DNA of 64,000 nucleotides, taken from contig OZ024763.1 of assembly GCA_964016885.1 (NCBI GenBank), positions 15,066,001-15,130,000 of the forward strand, read 5' to 3'. Of the stretch, positions 25,628 through 38,212 are shown in pieces. The DNA comes from Eledone cirrhosa (taxonomy: Eukaryota). The translations under genes and the position numbers were made by a program. Position 1 is the first letter of the stretch; each line of letters starts with the position of its first letter. The notes under the pieces are model-generated. The model had not been told where the DNA came from and did not search any database. It saw nothing but the letters and a program-made list of their open reading frames with translations.

Positions 25628-26107
25628 TTGGCCGGAGTATCGCTTTTAGCTTTCTCCGATTATGTATTTATATATATATATATGTACACACACACACATA
25701 TATATATATATGGAAAAAATATAGCGTTTTTTTTTACAAAATCTCTATACATACACACAATGTATGGCCTATCTCAGATCGTTTTCCAGTCACAGGGTCC
25801 TGAGTTCTTATCCTACATTTGTCCTTGTGAACAGTTATTTGACCTAAGTTATTCATATTTAATCTTGTATGTCATTTGTACACATACATGCATACACACA
25901 TACATACATATACATATATATATATATATATACATATATATATACATATATAATGACCAGTTATGTAATTATATCCTCTAAATAAATTATGAAAATATCA
26001 TTTTTATGTTTAATCGCTTCCACCTAGGTTTCTCTTATGCATGCCATTCATTTATCAAACCACATTTTCCAGTTTGTATGATTGTTGAAATATCCAAAAA
26101 ATCCTAG

Positions 26108-26143
<36 letters not shown>

Positions 26144-26326
26144 CTAGCAATAAGTGAAATAATTCGTGCAATGATTATTAAGATAACATACATACATACA
26201 TACGTACGTACAAACACACATACATACATATGCACACACATACAAAGATATACACACACATACGTATGTGTGTATTTCGCCTTCATAATAACTATACATA
26301 AATGAAAGGAAGAAAGAAGCAGGTAT

Positions 26327-26491
<165 letters not shown>

Positions 26492-26601
26492 TCCCGTTAA
26501 GAGTGAAAGCAGCGATTCTTTGCTTAAACTTTAATCTGTTATTTTAATAAATATATATATATTGGTCGGAGTATCGCTTAAGGCTTTCTCTGTTTATGTA
26601 T

Positions 26602-26676
<75 letters not shown>

Positions 26677-26678
<2 letters not shown>

Positions 26679-26858
26679 CGGAGGAAATGTGGTAAGGAAC
26701 CAGGTGGACCATACGCACCAAAGTACTCAATACTTAGGGTGGTAGAGTGGGTAATAGGAACGAGTAGGACCCCGACGGCTGAGCTCAGGCCGTTTCGACG
26801 GCTAATTCTGGACTAAAACTATTTTAGTCCAGAATTAGCCGTCGGGGTCCTACTCGTT

Positions 26859-26862
<4 letters not shown>
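26677..26862 (-). mobile_element. Fold-back Penelope-like end with the 3' half of a hammerhead
   Basis: Minus strand: helix II 3' arm-GAAA-CGGC-ctgagctca-GCCG-TC|ggggtc, then a tail with ttgagtact; flanked by (TA)n. Relatives at 38901-38975 and 48876-48955. Confidence 0.65.
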
Positions 26863-26915
<53 letters not shown>

Positions 26916-26955
26916 GATATTAAATAAATGGAAACTATATTTATAAAACCATATT

Positions 26956-27021
26956 TATTTCATTATATATATTTCAGGGATATCATATTAACAATATGCT
27001 ATGCCTTCCTCAGACAAAATA
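26956..27021 (-). ncRNA. Type I hammerhead ribozyme (inverted copy)
   Basis: Reverse complement of 27097-27162. Confidence 0.65.
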
Positions 27022-27096
27022 CAATTCAACTTTTCAAATACAAGTCGATGTTGTACGGTATGTCAAATCTATTTATCTATAAAACTGTTTATATTG

Positions 27097-27162
27097 TATT
27101 TTGTCTGAGGAAGGCATAGCATATTGTTAATATGATATCCCTGAAATATATATAATGAAATA
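27097..27162 (+). ncRNA. Type I hammerhead ribozyme, long helix II, (UA)n helix III
   Basis: UAUUUUGU-CUGAGGA-[AGGcAUAgCAUAUU guu AAUAUGaUAUcCCU]-GAAA-UAUAUA-UA|AUGAAAUA; 8-bp helix I including two G-U pairs. Confidence 0.7.
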
Positions 27163-27289
27163 AATATGGTTTTATAAATATAGTTTCCATTTATTTAATA
27201 TCGTAAATATACTCCAAATACTTGTCGAGTGCTTTTATATCAGTTATAAATATTTACTAGTTGTAACCCAACAATTTAAATATAACTTT

Positions 27290-27329
<40 letters not shown>

Positions 27330-27404
27330 GCGTGTGTGTGTGTATATATACACATGTGATTCTGTGTGTGTCTGTGTGTGGATGGAAGAGAAAAGCGGAC
27401 TAAC

Positions 27405-27659
27405 CCATTGTCGGTGGATGGCTGGAGGAAGGCAGTGTACATGCTCCAAGCTGCTGTAGATGGGCAGAAGATACGAGGTGTGAGACAGGGCCGCTGTTTG
27501 GTAGAAGTGATCTTCGTTATTCGCACTGTTGCACCGGCACTTCGTCTCCGAGGCAAGTCGGCCACGCTTGGATCTCTTCACGACAGAAACAACAGGCGTT
27601 GGTGAATGTGAAGTCCTCTCTTCAATTCCTGCATACACCTCATTTGAGATTTTATCCAT
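27405..27659 (-). CDS. Candidate first coding exon of an unidentified host gene (85 aa, MDKISNEVYAG...LPPAIHRQW)
   Basis: Non-repetitive, CpG-containing island; ATG at 27659, open for exactly 85 codons up to a phase-0 TGG|GTTAGT donor-like site. No homology recognised. Confidence 0.4.
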
Positions 27660-27834
27660 CTTATTCTAGACTGAATCATCCAAGTGCAAGGGTGGGGTGG
27701 GGGGGGAAAAGACACACGGGGGATAAACGAACCCGCACACGGTTGCAGGCATACACACACACATTCACAAGACAATCGCCGATACTTCAGCGACGATGAT
27801 GATGATGATGAGATAGGAGCAAAGAGAGAACGAA

Positions 27835-27839
27835 AGACG

Positions 27840-27889
<50 letters not shown>

Positions 27890-27960
27890 TAGACTGACAG
27901 ATAGAGACGAAGATGCAACAGCAGCAGCAACAGCAGCAGTAGTTAGCCGCCGCCGCCACA

Positions 27961-27996
<36 letters not shown>

Positions 27997-28426
27997 ACAG
28001 AGAGAGAGAGAGAGAGATAAACAGAGACAAAGCAGCAGCACCAGTAGCAGTTAGCCGCCGCCGCCACCACCCCAATGATGAGAAAGAGAGAAAGAGAGAG
28101 AGAGAGATAAACAGAGACGAAGATGCAACAGCAGCAGCAACAGCAGCAGTAGTAGTTAGCCGTCACCACCACCACCCCAATGATGAGAGAGAGAAAGAGA
28201 GAGAGAGAGAGATGTAGACTGACAGAGAGAGACGAAGATGCAACAGCAGCAGCAACAAAGCAGCAACAGCAGCAGTAGTTAGCCGCCGCCGCCACCACCA
28301 CAATGATGAGAGAGAAAGAGATAAACAGAGACAAAGATGCAGCAGCAGCAGCAGCAGTTAGCCGCCGCCACACAATACCAATTCTTCAACAATAACAAAA
28401 ACAACAGCTGCCATTATTGCTGCAGT

Positions 28427-28483
<57 letters not shown>

Positions 28484-28548
28484 TTCTGTCTCTCTCTCTC
28501 TCTCTATATATATTTCTGTCTCTCTCTCTCTCTATATATATATTTCTG

Positions 28549-28622
<74 letters not shown>

Positions 28623-29030
28623 GTTTTCTCTCTCGTTGTCTTCCTGTCTATCTTTCTCTCCCATCCTCTCTGTCTCTTTCATCATCATCGCGGCGGTGGT
28701 GGTGGAGGGGAGTGGTGTAGGTGGTAGTAGTGTATGCGGTGGTGGTGGTGTGGGGGAGTGGTGTAGTTGTGTAATTGGTGGTGGTGGTGGTGATGGGGAG
28801 TGGTGCAGGTTGTAGTAATGTATGCGGTGGTGGAGGGGAGTGGTGTAGGTGGTAGTAGTGTAGTTGTGTAATTGATGGTGGTGGGGGGGGGGAGTGGTGC
28901 AGGTTGTAGTAGTGTATGCGGTGGTGGTGGTGTGGGGGAGTGGTGTAGGTGGTAGTAGTGTAGTTGTGTAATTGGTGGTAGTGGGGAGTGGTGCAGGTTG
29001 TAGTAGTGTATGCGGTGGGGGGGGGGGGTG
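27835..29030. repeat. Compound GA/CAG/GCC, TC/TA and GTG-rich repeats
   Basis: Repeated (GA)n-gcagcagca-gttagccgccgccgccac units, then microsatellites. Confidence 0.8.
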
Positions 29031-29799
29031 AAGACAATTAAGAGAAACAGATAAATGTAGACGGAAGTGAAAGACAGAGATTTGTGAGAGGGGCGGGTAG
29101 AGGTAAAGAAACGCAGTTAGGAAGGAGGAGGATGGAACGCAGTTGAGAAAGGGGAGAGGTTAGAGAGAGAGAGAAAGGGGAGAGGTTAAAGAGAGAGAGA
29201 GAAAGAGAGAGAGAGTAGCAGAAAACGCGAGGATATGGTTGTAAAGAGAGAGAGAGGGAGAAAGGAAGAGGGAGAGAGAGAAATGAGAAAAAGAAAGTGA
29301 AAGGAGAAAAAGAAAGTGAAAGAAATGAAGAGAAAGGGAAAGTGTAGAAGAGAAAGAGAAAGGAAGAAAGAGTTAAAAAGGTTGTAATAGGGGGGGGGTA
29401 AGAGAAAGAGAGAGGGGAAAGTAAACGGTAAAGAGAGAGGGAGTGAAGTAAGAGGACGTAAGGGAAGGGGAGGGTGATTCCAGAACGCCGGGGAAGAACG
29501 AAAACGGGGAAAATCTATGTGGTCGGTCGACCTGCTAGAAATAACAGCCAAACATCCCACAAATCCCTCCCTTCCCCACACACCGTTCTAAAATAAAATG
29601 GAAAGCATTCATTGGAATAAAGTAGTAGGAGATATACATTAGAAAAGGCAGGATGGTCACAGTTGGAACACCTTTGATGATAGTCTGCTGGATGAGAGCT
29701 ATGTGACCTAGGGTTAAACAACGACAACAATAAAAAAAACAAGGAGTTTGTGAATACCTGGGTTTTATTACATTTTACTGTTTCCAACTGGAATAGCAT

Positions 29800-30420
29800 A
29801 GACAGACACACAGACACACACATGTAGACATACATTAACACAGACAGGCGCGTACACACACAGACACACACATGTAGACATACATTAACACAGACAGGCG
29901 CGTACACACACAGACACACACATGTAGACATACATTAACACAGACAGGCGCGTACACACACATGTAGACATACATTAACACAGACAGGCGCGTACACACA
30001 CAGACACACACATGTAGACATACATTAACACAGACAGGCGCGTACACACACAGACACACACATGTAGACATACATTAACACAGACAGGCGCGTACACACA
30101 CATGTAGACATACATTAACACAGACAGGCGCGTACACACACAGACACACACATGTAGACATACATTAACACAGACAGGCGCGTACACACACAGACACACA
30201 CATGTAGACATACATTAACACAGACAGGCGCGTACACACACAGACACACACATGTAGACATACATTAACACAGACAGGCGCGTACACACACAGACACACA
30301 CATCTAGACATACATTAACACAGACATAGACAAGCGCGCAGACACACACATCTAGACATACATTAACACAGACATATACAGGCGCGCGCACACACACACA
30401 GACACACACGTGTAGACATA
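29800..30420. repeat. ~40-50-bp CA-rich minisatellite
   Basis: catgtagacatacattaacacagacaggcgcgtacacaca units with a 140-bp higher-order period (identical ORFs ending at 30071 and 30211). Confidence 0.9.
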
Positions 30421-30539
30421 CATACATACATACATAGATACATATGTGGACATACATACATTAACACATACATACACAGGCAAACATACACACACACAGA
30501 CGTAAACACACACATCGACATACACACATACACACACAT

Positions 30540-31992
30540 ATCTTGAACACTGTAGATCTTTCCTGCAATCGGACCTGGACACAATGTAACAATGGATCAC
30601 GGACTGGCAACTCAAGCTGGCTGTGGACAAGTGTGCCACCATGCATTTTGGGGGTAAAAACCCAGCATCCACATACTCCCTCCACAACAGTAATATCAAG
30701 AAGTCTTCTTGTGAACGTGACCTGGGCATTACTGTCAGCAGCGATTTGATTTGCGTTGGACAAAGCGCATCTCTAAAATTGTCAAGAAGGCCAAAGGTGT
30801 CTTGGCATCACTTTGTCAGCCACTCTCCAGCTATCTATTTAAAGCTGTATGGTGCGTCCACACTTAGAATTTGCATCACCAGTCTGGAACTCCTATCTTG
30901 CTCAGAACATTGACCCTCCTGGAAACTGTTCAGAGACGCGCAAACCAAGCGAATCCCCTCCATCAGGCATATACCATACTCCTTGCTTCCCTGGGCATGG
31001 ATACATTGAAGCTTCGACGTCTGGGAACTGACTTGGTAAACACCCACAAAATTATTAACCATCTTGCTAACAACAACCCTGAACACCCTTTTGAATTCCA
31101 TGTGTCTAACACATGTGGGCATGCCTACAAAGTCAGAAAACAGCACAGTCCCCATGACTTTCGGAAACATTTTTTCATGCTCAGAGTTGCTGAAGCATGG
31201 AACAAACTACCTGCATCAGTTGTTAGCTGTCAGGACACTGCATCCTTTAAAACCTCCATGGAACAAACTCCCTGCATCAGTTGTTAGCTGTCCAGACACT
31301 GCATCATTCAAAACTTCCATGGAACAAACTACCTGCATCAGTTGTTAGCTGTCGGGACACTGCATCCTTTAAAACCTCCATGGAACAAACTTCCTGCATC
31401 AGTTGTTAGCTGTCGGGACACTGCATCCTTTAAAACCTCCATGGAACAAACTCCCTGCATCAGTTGTTAGCTTTCGGGACACTGCATCCTTTACAACCTC
31501 CATGGAACAAACTCCCTGCATCATTTGTTAGCTATCGGGACACTGCATCCTTTAAAACCTCCATGGAACAAACTATCTGCATCAGTTGTTAGCTGTCGAG
31601 ACACTGCATCCTTTAAAACCTCCATGGAACAAACTATCTGCATCAGTTGTTACCTGTCGAGTCACTGCATCCTTTAAAACCTCCATGGAACAAACTATCT
31701 GCATCAGTTGTTAGCTGTCGGGACACCGCATCCTTTAAAACCTCCATGGAACAAACTCCCTGCATCAGTTGTTAGCTGTCGAGACACTGCATCCTTTAAA
31801 ACCTCCATGCTTCCAGAGATTCGCCAACACTACACCTAATGTTCCCCTCTCCATACACATACACACATGTATACCATGACTCATACACTGTTCGCTTTCC
31901 TGACATTTGTACATTAGTCTATGTACAATACATGCACTTTGATGAGTTGTAGTGCACCTGAGCACTGTACACAATAATTTCATTATTATTAT
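30540..31992 (+). mobile_element. CR1-clade LINE 3' portion (degenerate), ending in (ATT)n
   Basis: DKCATMHFG.KN, ERDLGI.VS, VRPHLEFASPVWNSYL, LETVQRRA, LGMDTLKLRRL..DL, RKHFF..RVAEAWNKLP; tail cattattattatt. Confidence 0.85.
31196..31809. repeat. 61-bp tandem array (10 copies) from the CR1 ORF end
   Basis: catggaacaaact recurs every 61 bp from 31196 to 31745; catg boundary microhomology. Confidence 0.95.
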
Positions 31993-31993
31993 T

Positions 31994-32185
31994 GGGCGGT
32001 GAATTGTCAGTATCGGTAGAGGGTCGGACGCCATGCTTTGACGCATAGACTTACGGCCCTTGCCATTCTGAGTTCAAATCCCGCCGAGATTAACTTTACC
32101 TTTCATCCTTACGGGGTCAATAAAATAAAGTACCAGTAATGTACTGGGTAATTGCTGGCCTTGTGCCAATAGCAGAAACAATTGT
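31994..32185 (+). mobile_element. tRNA-derived SINE with Nin/Deu-like domain
   Basis: B box gagttcaaatccc, then tttcatccttacggggtcaataaaataaagtaccag. Other copies at 33633-33812(-), 34490-34650(+), 38595-38820(-) and 20245-20355(-). Confidence 0.7.
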
Positions 32186-33442
32186 TATACACGTGTGTAC
32201 ACACACATTAACACATGTACAAGCAGACACAGAGAAAAATATGTAGCCAATCACAAAATTAAGAGATATAGGCACACATACAGCATGCACCAGCCGACAT
32301 AGACACAGAAATACACAAACACACATACAATATATTGTACTGTATCGTTTGCTGTGTTGTTTGCGGTTTATTTTTTGCATATATACATACAAATACATAC
32401 ACACACACGCACATACCCCACCCACTCTCACACGTCTCCCATAAGGAGAAGCTGAAGTATAGGTCGAGTGAAGCCTCCAACCAAGGTGTCACGGTAGAAA
32501 GCACCCACCCCACACCTGAAGTTGAAGGGAACTATGAAAGCGGAAGACATGGAGAAGCATGGACTGAAATGATAAAAGCTGACTTTGCACCTCTCACAAG
32601 CAATGACACAGGTTCGAGATCTCTGGTGATACTGTAGAAGACCTGCCTTCCCATGTGCATGGGATAAAGCAAATATTGAGAGGACACAAGTATACGCCAA
32701 ACCTTCTCCTCTTTTCCATCCTTACACATTCCCCATCATAACACTCCACCCTTCACTAGCTAAATACTCTACCTTAGACCTACCTCTCCAATCTCCATCC
32801 TGCATACATACACGACAGCCTCCCCCAACTCACCACCTACTTCATCTGTCTGATACACCTCTCTTGCCCAACTTATGCATACAAGCATGGAAAGCTGGAG
32901 ATGCTGCTGAAATGACTAAAAGCTCTCAGTCCACCCTGTAAGGTAGTCATACTGGTGACACAAAAGTCCCCTAGTCCACCATGTAAGGTGCACATGCTGG
33001 TGACAAGACTAAAGAGCACCCACTTCACCCTGTAAGGTGGTCGTATTGGTCACACGACAAAAGACATCCAGTCCACCTTCTAAAGTGGTAGTGGTGGTGA
33101 CATAACAAAGAGCATTTGGTTCACCCTGTAAGGTGGTCATGTTGGTGACAGGATGAAAAAGTATCCAGTCCAACCTGTCAGTTGGTCGTTTTGGTGCCAC
33201 GATAAAAAGCACACAGTCCAGGCTGTAAAGTGGTTGGCGTTAAGAAGAGCATCCAGTCGTAGAAACCAAGCTAGAAACAGTTCAGGCTTGGTTTCTACGG
33301 CTGGATGCTCTTCTTAACAGCAATACATGTTCACCTGATCTGACTTCTCTCATAACGTCAGAACAACTCGTTTAACCTATGCTAGCGTGGAACAATGGAC
33401 ATTAATCGATAACGGGGATATATACATACGCACACTAATATA

Positions 33443-33481
<39 letters not shown>

Positions 33482-35346
33482 TGTTGTCTCCCTTCCACCC
33501 CTTTTTTTGGCGATAAAGAAATAGGATGCAAATACCATTAATAAAGGGAAATAATATGAAATTGTTGAGTTATTTCCCTTAGACTGTTTTGGCTAATTTT
33601 GACTCAATTAAAAAGTGCTGAACTATATAATATAATTGTTTCTACTTTAGGCGCAAGGCCAGTAATTACCCAGTGCATTACTGGTACTTTATTTTATCGA
33701 CCCCGTAAGGATGAGAGGCAAAGTCAACCTCGGCGGGATTTGAACTCAGATCGTAAAGGGACGTAACTATGCTGGAAAGCATGGCGTCCAACTCTCTACT
33801 GATACTGCCAATCAAAATAATATAATAAATACCCTTTATATTAGATATTGCTGGAATATTAATCATCAAAATTAGTTCAAATCCCATCAAAGTTGTTGGC
33901 CCATCATCCTTCAAGTGCTGATAAATATGATACCAGTCCAGTACTGGGTACCAATTCTATAGCCCCCCACCAATCTTTATAGAAGAAGATGATATTTGAA
34001 ATATTAACATTTGCTAGAGAAAACCTTTTAAAATGTCTGCACATGATTTCAATATACCTCAGACATGCTATATGTCACGACAAAGCCTCTATGACACCAT
34101 AAGAAGTTCCGGAGTCATGGTATGGCAATCTCCCAGATTTATATCGAAGCCGTGGAACTGGCCCCATACAAACTTTTAAAATAACATGACATTTATTCAA
34201 GTCAACAGCTAGCATTTAAAGGTCCTTTTACTCCCATTAAAACTGAGGATTATCTTCAAAGATCCCATTAAAGTCTTCATCCTTATTATGAGGTCCTTTC
34301 TGAAGCAATGTTTTACGACTAGGTGTCCTCAATGGCAACAAATCTTTTTGTTACCTCTTGCAACATCAATAGAGAGTTGTTGTTTCTTTTCTCATTATTT
34401 TAATAAATTTAAATTTTTTAAACTGTTTGATTAAATATTTTAAAAATTGATTCTTTAAAAAATTATTTTAGAAATATTAAGAAATTATTTTGGCAGCGAA
34501 TTGGCAGAGTCACTAAACGTCAGATAGAATGGTTTGCAGTATTCGTTCTGATTCTCAGCTGTCTAGGTTCAAATCCCATCAAGGCCAACTTTACCTTTAA
34601 TCCATTTTATGGTTGATAAAAAAAGTACCAGTCTAATACTGGGGTCAATTCTTCCTCTATATCTCTTTCTCACTTCCACTCTCTCGCTCTCTCTATCCTT
34701 TTCTGGAAGAAATCTGTTGTATTCGGACATGGAGATGGGGATTGTCTCCAAGTTTGAAAATGCCCTAGAAACATTCTATCTCAATACAGCGTCCCTGTGA
34801 CTTCATCAGGGGTTACAGGACCTTGCATACACAATAATACTCATATTTAGCAAAACAAAGCTTAATAAAAATACATTTCACAGCAAAAATAATTTTACTT
34901 GCTTTATAATTAGTAAATCTGATTAAGCAAATAATTAGATTTACTAATTAGAATGTAATTACAATTACATTTATTACTAATGAATTTTAGCTTGCATTTC
35001 TTAACATGGTTTGTTTTGCAAAATGCAAGTATTATTGTATCTTAATAATATTGTGTGTGTGTAGGTGTGTGAATGTCACCTTTACACACACACACACATA
35101 TATATATATACATACACACAATATGGGTGTATAACTATGACCTTAATTCAGATGTGTGTGACCTTGGTTTGTATATATTCGGTTCTTATATATTTGATAT
35201 ATATTTTCCTTATCGAGGCCTCTTTGGATTTTAGTTTTCAATTTTATTATTATTACTATATATATATATATATATATATATAGTAATTGTTTCTACTTTA
35301 TATATATATAGTAATAATAATAAATACGAAGACTAAAATCCAAATT

Positions 35347-35384
<38 letters not shown>

Positions 35385-35385
35385 T

Positions 35386-35782
35386 GAAGGCGCAAAGCTT
35401 AGTGGTTAGAGCATTGGTCTTGCAATCGAAAGATTGTGAGTTCAATTCTCGGACCGAGTGATGCATTGTTTCCTTGAGCAAGACACTTTATTTCACATTG
35501 CTCCAGTTTACTCAGCTGTAGAAATGAGATGATAGGACTGGGGTCCCTATCATTCCACTGCAAAGTGGTCGTGGAGGTGCCATGGCAAAAAAGCACCCAG
35601 CCCACACTGTAAGGTAGACGTGTAGGCGCCACGGAAAAAAAAAAGCACCCAGCACTCACTGTAAAATGAGGTTGGTGTTAGGAAGGGCATCCAGCTGTAG
35701 AAATCAAGCTAAATCAGTTCCTGTATGAGCAAGACATGCTAGCGTGGAAGAACGGACGTAAAACGGTGATGATGATGATGAT
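35386..35782 (+). mobile_element. Composite SINE: tRNA head + CORE-like domain + RTE-type (ATG)n tail
   Basis: A box gcttagtggttagagc, B box gagttcaattctc, ccttgagcaagacacttta, tail ..gtaaaacggtgatgatg. Copies at 39686-40030(-), 49094-49446(+) and 53868-54212(-). Confidence 0.85.
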
Positions 35783-35923
35783 TTATATATATACACACAC
35801 ACACACACAGATACATGCATACACACAGACTGTCAACATGAATGGACCTATTATTTTTATCTAAAGACATTTTTCCCAATTCCAACCCTCCCGTCCCTTC
35901 AATCTATTTTATTTCTCATTCTT

Positions 35924-35959
35924 TCTTCTGATGAAGGACTAGCGTCCGAAACGTTAAGA
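35924..35959 (+). ncRNA. Minimal type I hammerhead ribozyme
   Basis: UCUU-CUGAUGA-a-GGAC uagc GUCC-GAAA-CG-UU|AAGA; palindromic ACGU helix III. The downstream ~85 nt recur inverted at 56876-56970. Confidence 0.8.
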
Positions 35960-36159
35960 CCCTCTTCCTGCTATATCAAGCGTTAACCTAATATATACCT
36001 TCCATATACTGTACCAATTGTGTTGTTATTTCTGTTTACCTTTGACATACATACATACATACATGGTGGCTGCCAACTCGTTTTTCGAGTACGGCCACTA
36101 CTTTATATCCATGTAGAAGAACCCCTACCGATGCGCTATACAAGTGTGCCTTTTTAGTC

Positions 36160-36575
36160 CAGCTCACCAAAGGAGCCTGCTTCTTCCAAAGGAATTGGAA
36201 GAGCGCGCGCTCCATTTTGGTGAGCGTTTTGGCAGAACAAGGCAGGACGGTCAAGCGGTAGTAGATAACAGACGCTATGAAAGTGTTCGACACCTCCGCT
36301 CGACCTTTCAAGGATAGTTTGCACTCGACCCTCTTCTGGGTGAATGCAAACACCTTGGCTGTCACTTCGTTCCAGTTCTTCTCCACCTGGAGGTCCAGAC
36401 CAAACCACACCCCGAGCAGCTTCACCGGTTCTTCCGTCCAGCGTCCGACGATGCCATCGGAAGACATCGGTTTGCCTCTCCACGATCCGAGTTGCAAACC
36501 GATGGACTTGTCCCAGTTCAGCTTCGCTCCTGTGAACCTTTCGTATTCCTTCAGTAGGATCCCGACTTCCATGAT
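36160..36575 (-). pseudogene. L1/Tx1-clade LINE RT fragment
   Basis: YERFTGAKLNWDKS, VKLLGVWFG, NWNEV..KV, LSLKGRA.VSNTFIASVIYYRL.VLP. Confidence 0.85.
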
Positions 36576-36692
36576 TTGCTCAAAGCACTCACAGGACCAT
36601 AAGTATTACATGTGTAAAGTTTGTAAATAATCGGTTGGGTGGTTCTCGAGTTTTAGGGAGGGAGACAGACATTCTCTGTTTTATATATATAT
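36575..36692 (-). mobile_element. Non-autonomous Helitron-like 5' fragment
   Basis: Reverse complement of 56088-56197. Confidence 0.55.
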
Positions 36693-36699
36693 ATTTTAT

Positions 36700-36975
36700 A
36701 TTGTTATATTTGGGGAGGATCATATTGTTATAATATTGCCAGAAATCTATTATAAAACGCATTCACTGTTTGGTTTGGGTTAGCTTTCCCTGCCATATAT
36801 TTTATATCCCTATAGTTAATTTAGCTGGCAATCAACGTTTATCATTGATTGACCAACAGTTAAAAATATAGCTATAAATATATAGTTCCTCAGAGTTCTT
36901 TCATAAAACACCTGTGACATCATCAGTGATACTATGATGTCATAGGTGTTTGATAAAAGAACTTTGAAAAACTAT
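36700..36975 (-). mobile_element. Penelope-like end with weak hammerhead (36890-36929) and short fold-back
   Basis: Minus strand UCA-CUGAUGA-..-GAAA-GAAC-UC|UGA. Family copies at 38240-38500 and 63400-63445. Confidence 0.55.
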
Positions 36976-36978
36976 ATA

Positions 36979-37030
<52 letters not shown>

Positions 37031-37033
37031 CAC

Positions 37034-37116
<83 letters not shown>

Positions 37117-37120
37117 CACC

Positions 37121-37152
<32 letters not shown>

Positions 37153-37184
37153 CACCTCTATTCTTTTAAATATATATATATATT

Positions 37185-37385
37185 TTGGAAAATGTGTGAG
37201 ATCCTTGGTACAGTTAGGTATATTTGAAAAAAAGGAAAAGAATGACTTCACTTGTAGTGTTAAAAAATGTTTGATTTAATTTTATAATATAATATAATAT
37301 TATGAGTTGGTAAATATTATAATATTATCAAATTAAATCAAAAATTTATTAACACTACAAGTGAAGTCATTCTTTTCCTTTTTTT

Positions 37386-37436
<51 letters not shown>

Positions 37437-37728
37437 AAAATTAAGATAAATCAAAGTGAATTTAATCTAAATCAAAATTATGGGTGTCATGCCAGAAAGG
37501 CATGCGCCATATCACCCGTAAAATAAGCTCCAAGATTCTAATGAATAGGTCCGAGCATTTTATAACAACTAGAAATTGATTAACATATAAATAAACATAT
37601 GAATAATCACAGGAGATAATTTTTACAAGTGTGTAAGCACATAGCTATGTGTGTTTACACACTTGTAAAAATTATCTCCTGTGATTATTCATATGTTTAT
37701 TTATATGTTAATCAATTTCTAGTTGTTA
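37185..37728. repeat. Two fold-back islands between (TA)n tracts (37219-37392 and 37436-37728)
   Basis: tatatttgaaaaaaaggaaaagaatgacttcacttgtagtgttaa and its inverse; ataacaactagaaattg..cacatag|ctatgtg..caatttctagttgttat. Confidence 0.8.
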
Positions 37729-37968
37729 TATATATATATATTTATATCTATATTTATTTATATATATATTTATATATATATTTTTGACTGTTGGTTAATT
37801 TTGATTCCAATGCATGAGATTCTCTCTCTCTGCCAAAAAAATGGTATCAAGCAATTCTACAGAGATTACTAACCTGCTTCAAGTTCCAATAGCAAATCAA
37901 AGAAGATCAGTCCAAAATATAAAGAAATTCTTACCTGCAAAGATACATAGAAAAAATCTTTATAAACA

Positions 37969-38048
<80 letters not shown>

Positions 38049-38052
<4 letters not shown>

Positions 38053-38212
38053 ATAATAATAAAATTGAAGACTAAAATCCAGAGAGGGCTCGATAAGGAA
38101 AATATATATCAAATATATAAGAACCGAAGAGCAAATATTTATTAAAATAACAGATTCCCGTTAAGGGTGAAAGCAGCGATTCTTTGCTTAAACTTTAATC
38201 TGTTATTTTAAT
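38049..38212 (-). mobile_element. Penelope-like tail plus inverted hammerhead 3' half
   Basis: attaaaataacagatt joined to cccgttaagggt-GAAA-gca..tgc-TT|aaact. Relatives at 26488-26550, 40075-40205, 56500-56594 and 35178-35258. Confidence 0.6.

Larger units (their letters stand above)
26913..27292 (+). mobile_element. Fold-back Penelope-like end carrying two inverted hammerheads
   Basis: 26913-27025 is inverted at 27093-27205, followed by an ~87-nt tail, with (TA)n on both sides. Same family at 62986-63338. Confidence 0.75.

Noticed and set aside
33240-33318. Fold-back similar to the hammerhead elements
   Set aside because: Arms are RTE-SINE tail sequence, with no hammerhead or TA flanks; probably an ordinary inversion.
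34788-34815. Minus-strand CUGAUGA-a-GUC..GAC hammerhead 5' half
   Set aside because: No GAAA, helix III or helix I partner follows.
35386-35460. tRNA gene
   Set aside because: A/B boxes run directly into a repeated SINE body, so it is a tRNA-derived head.
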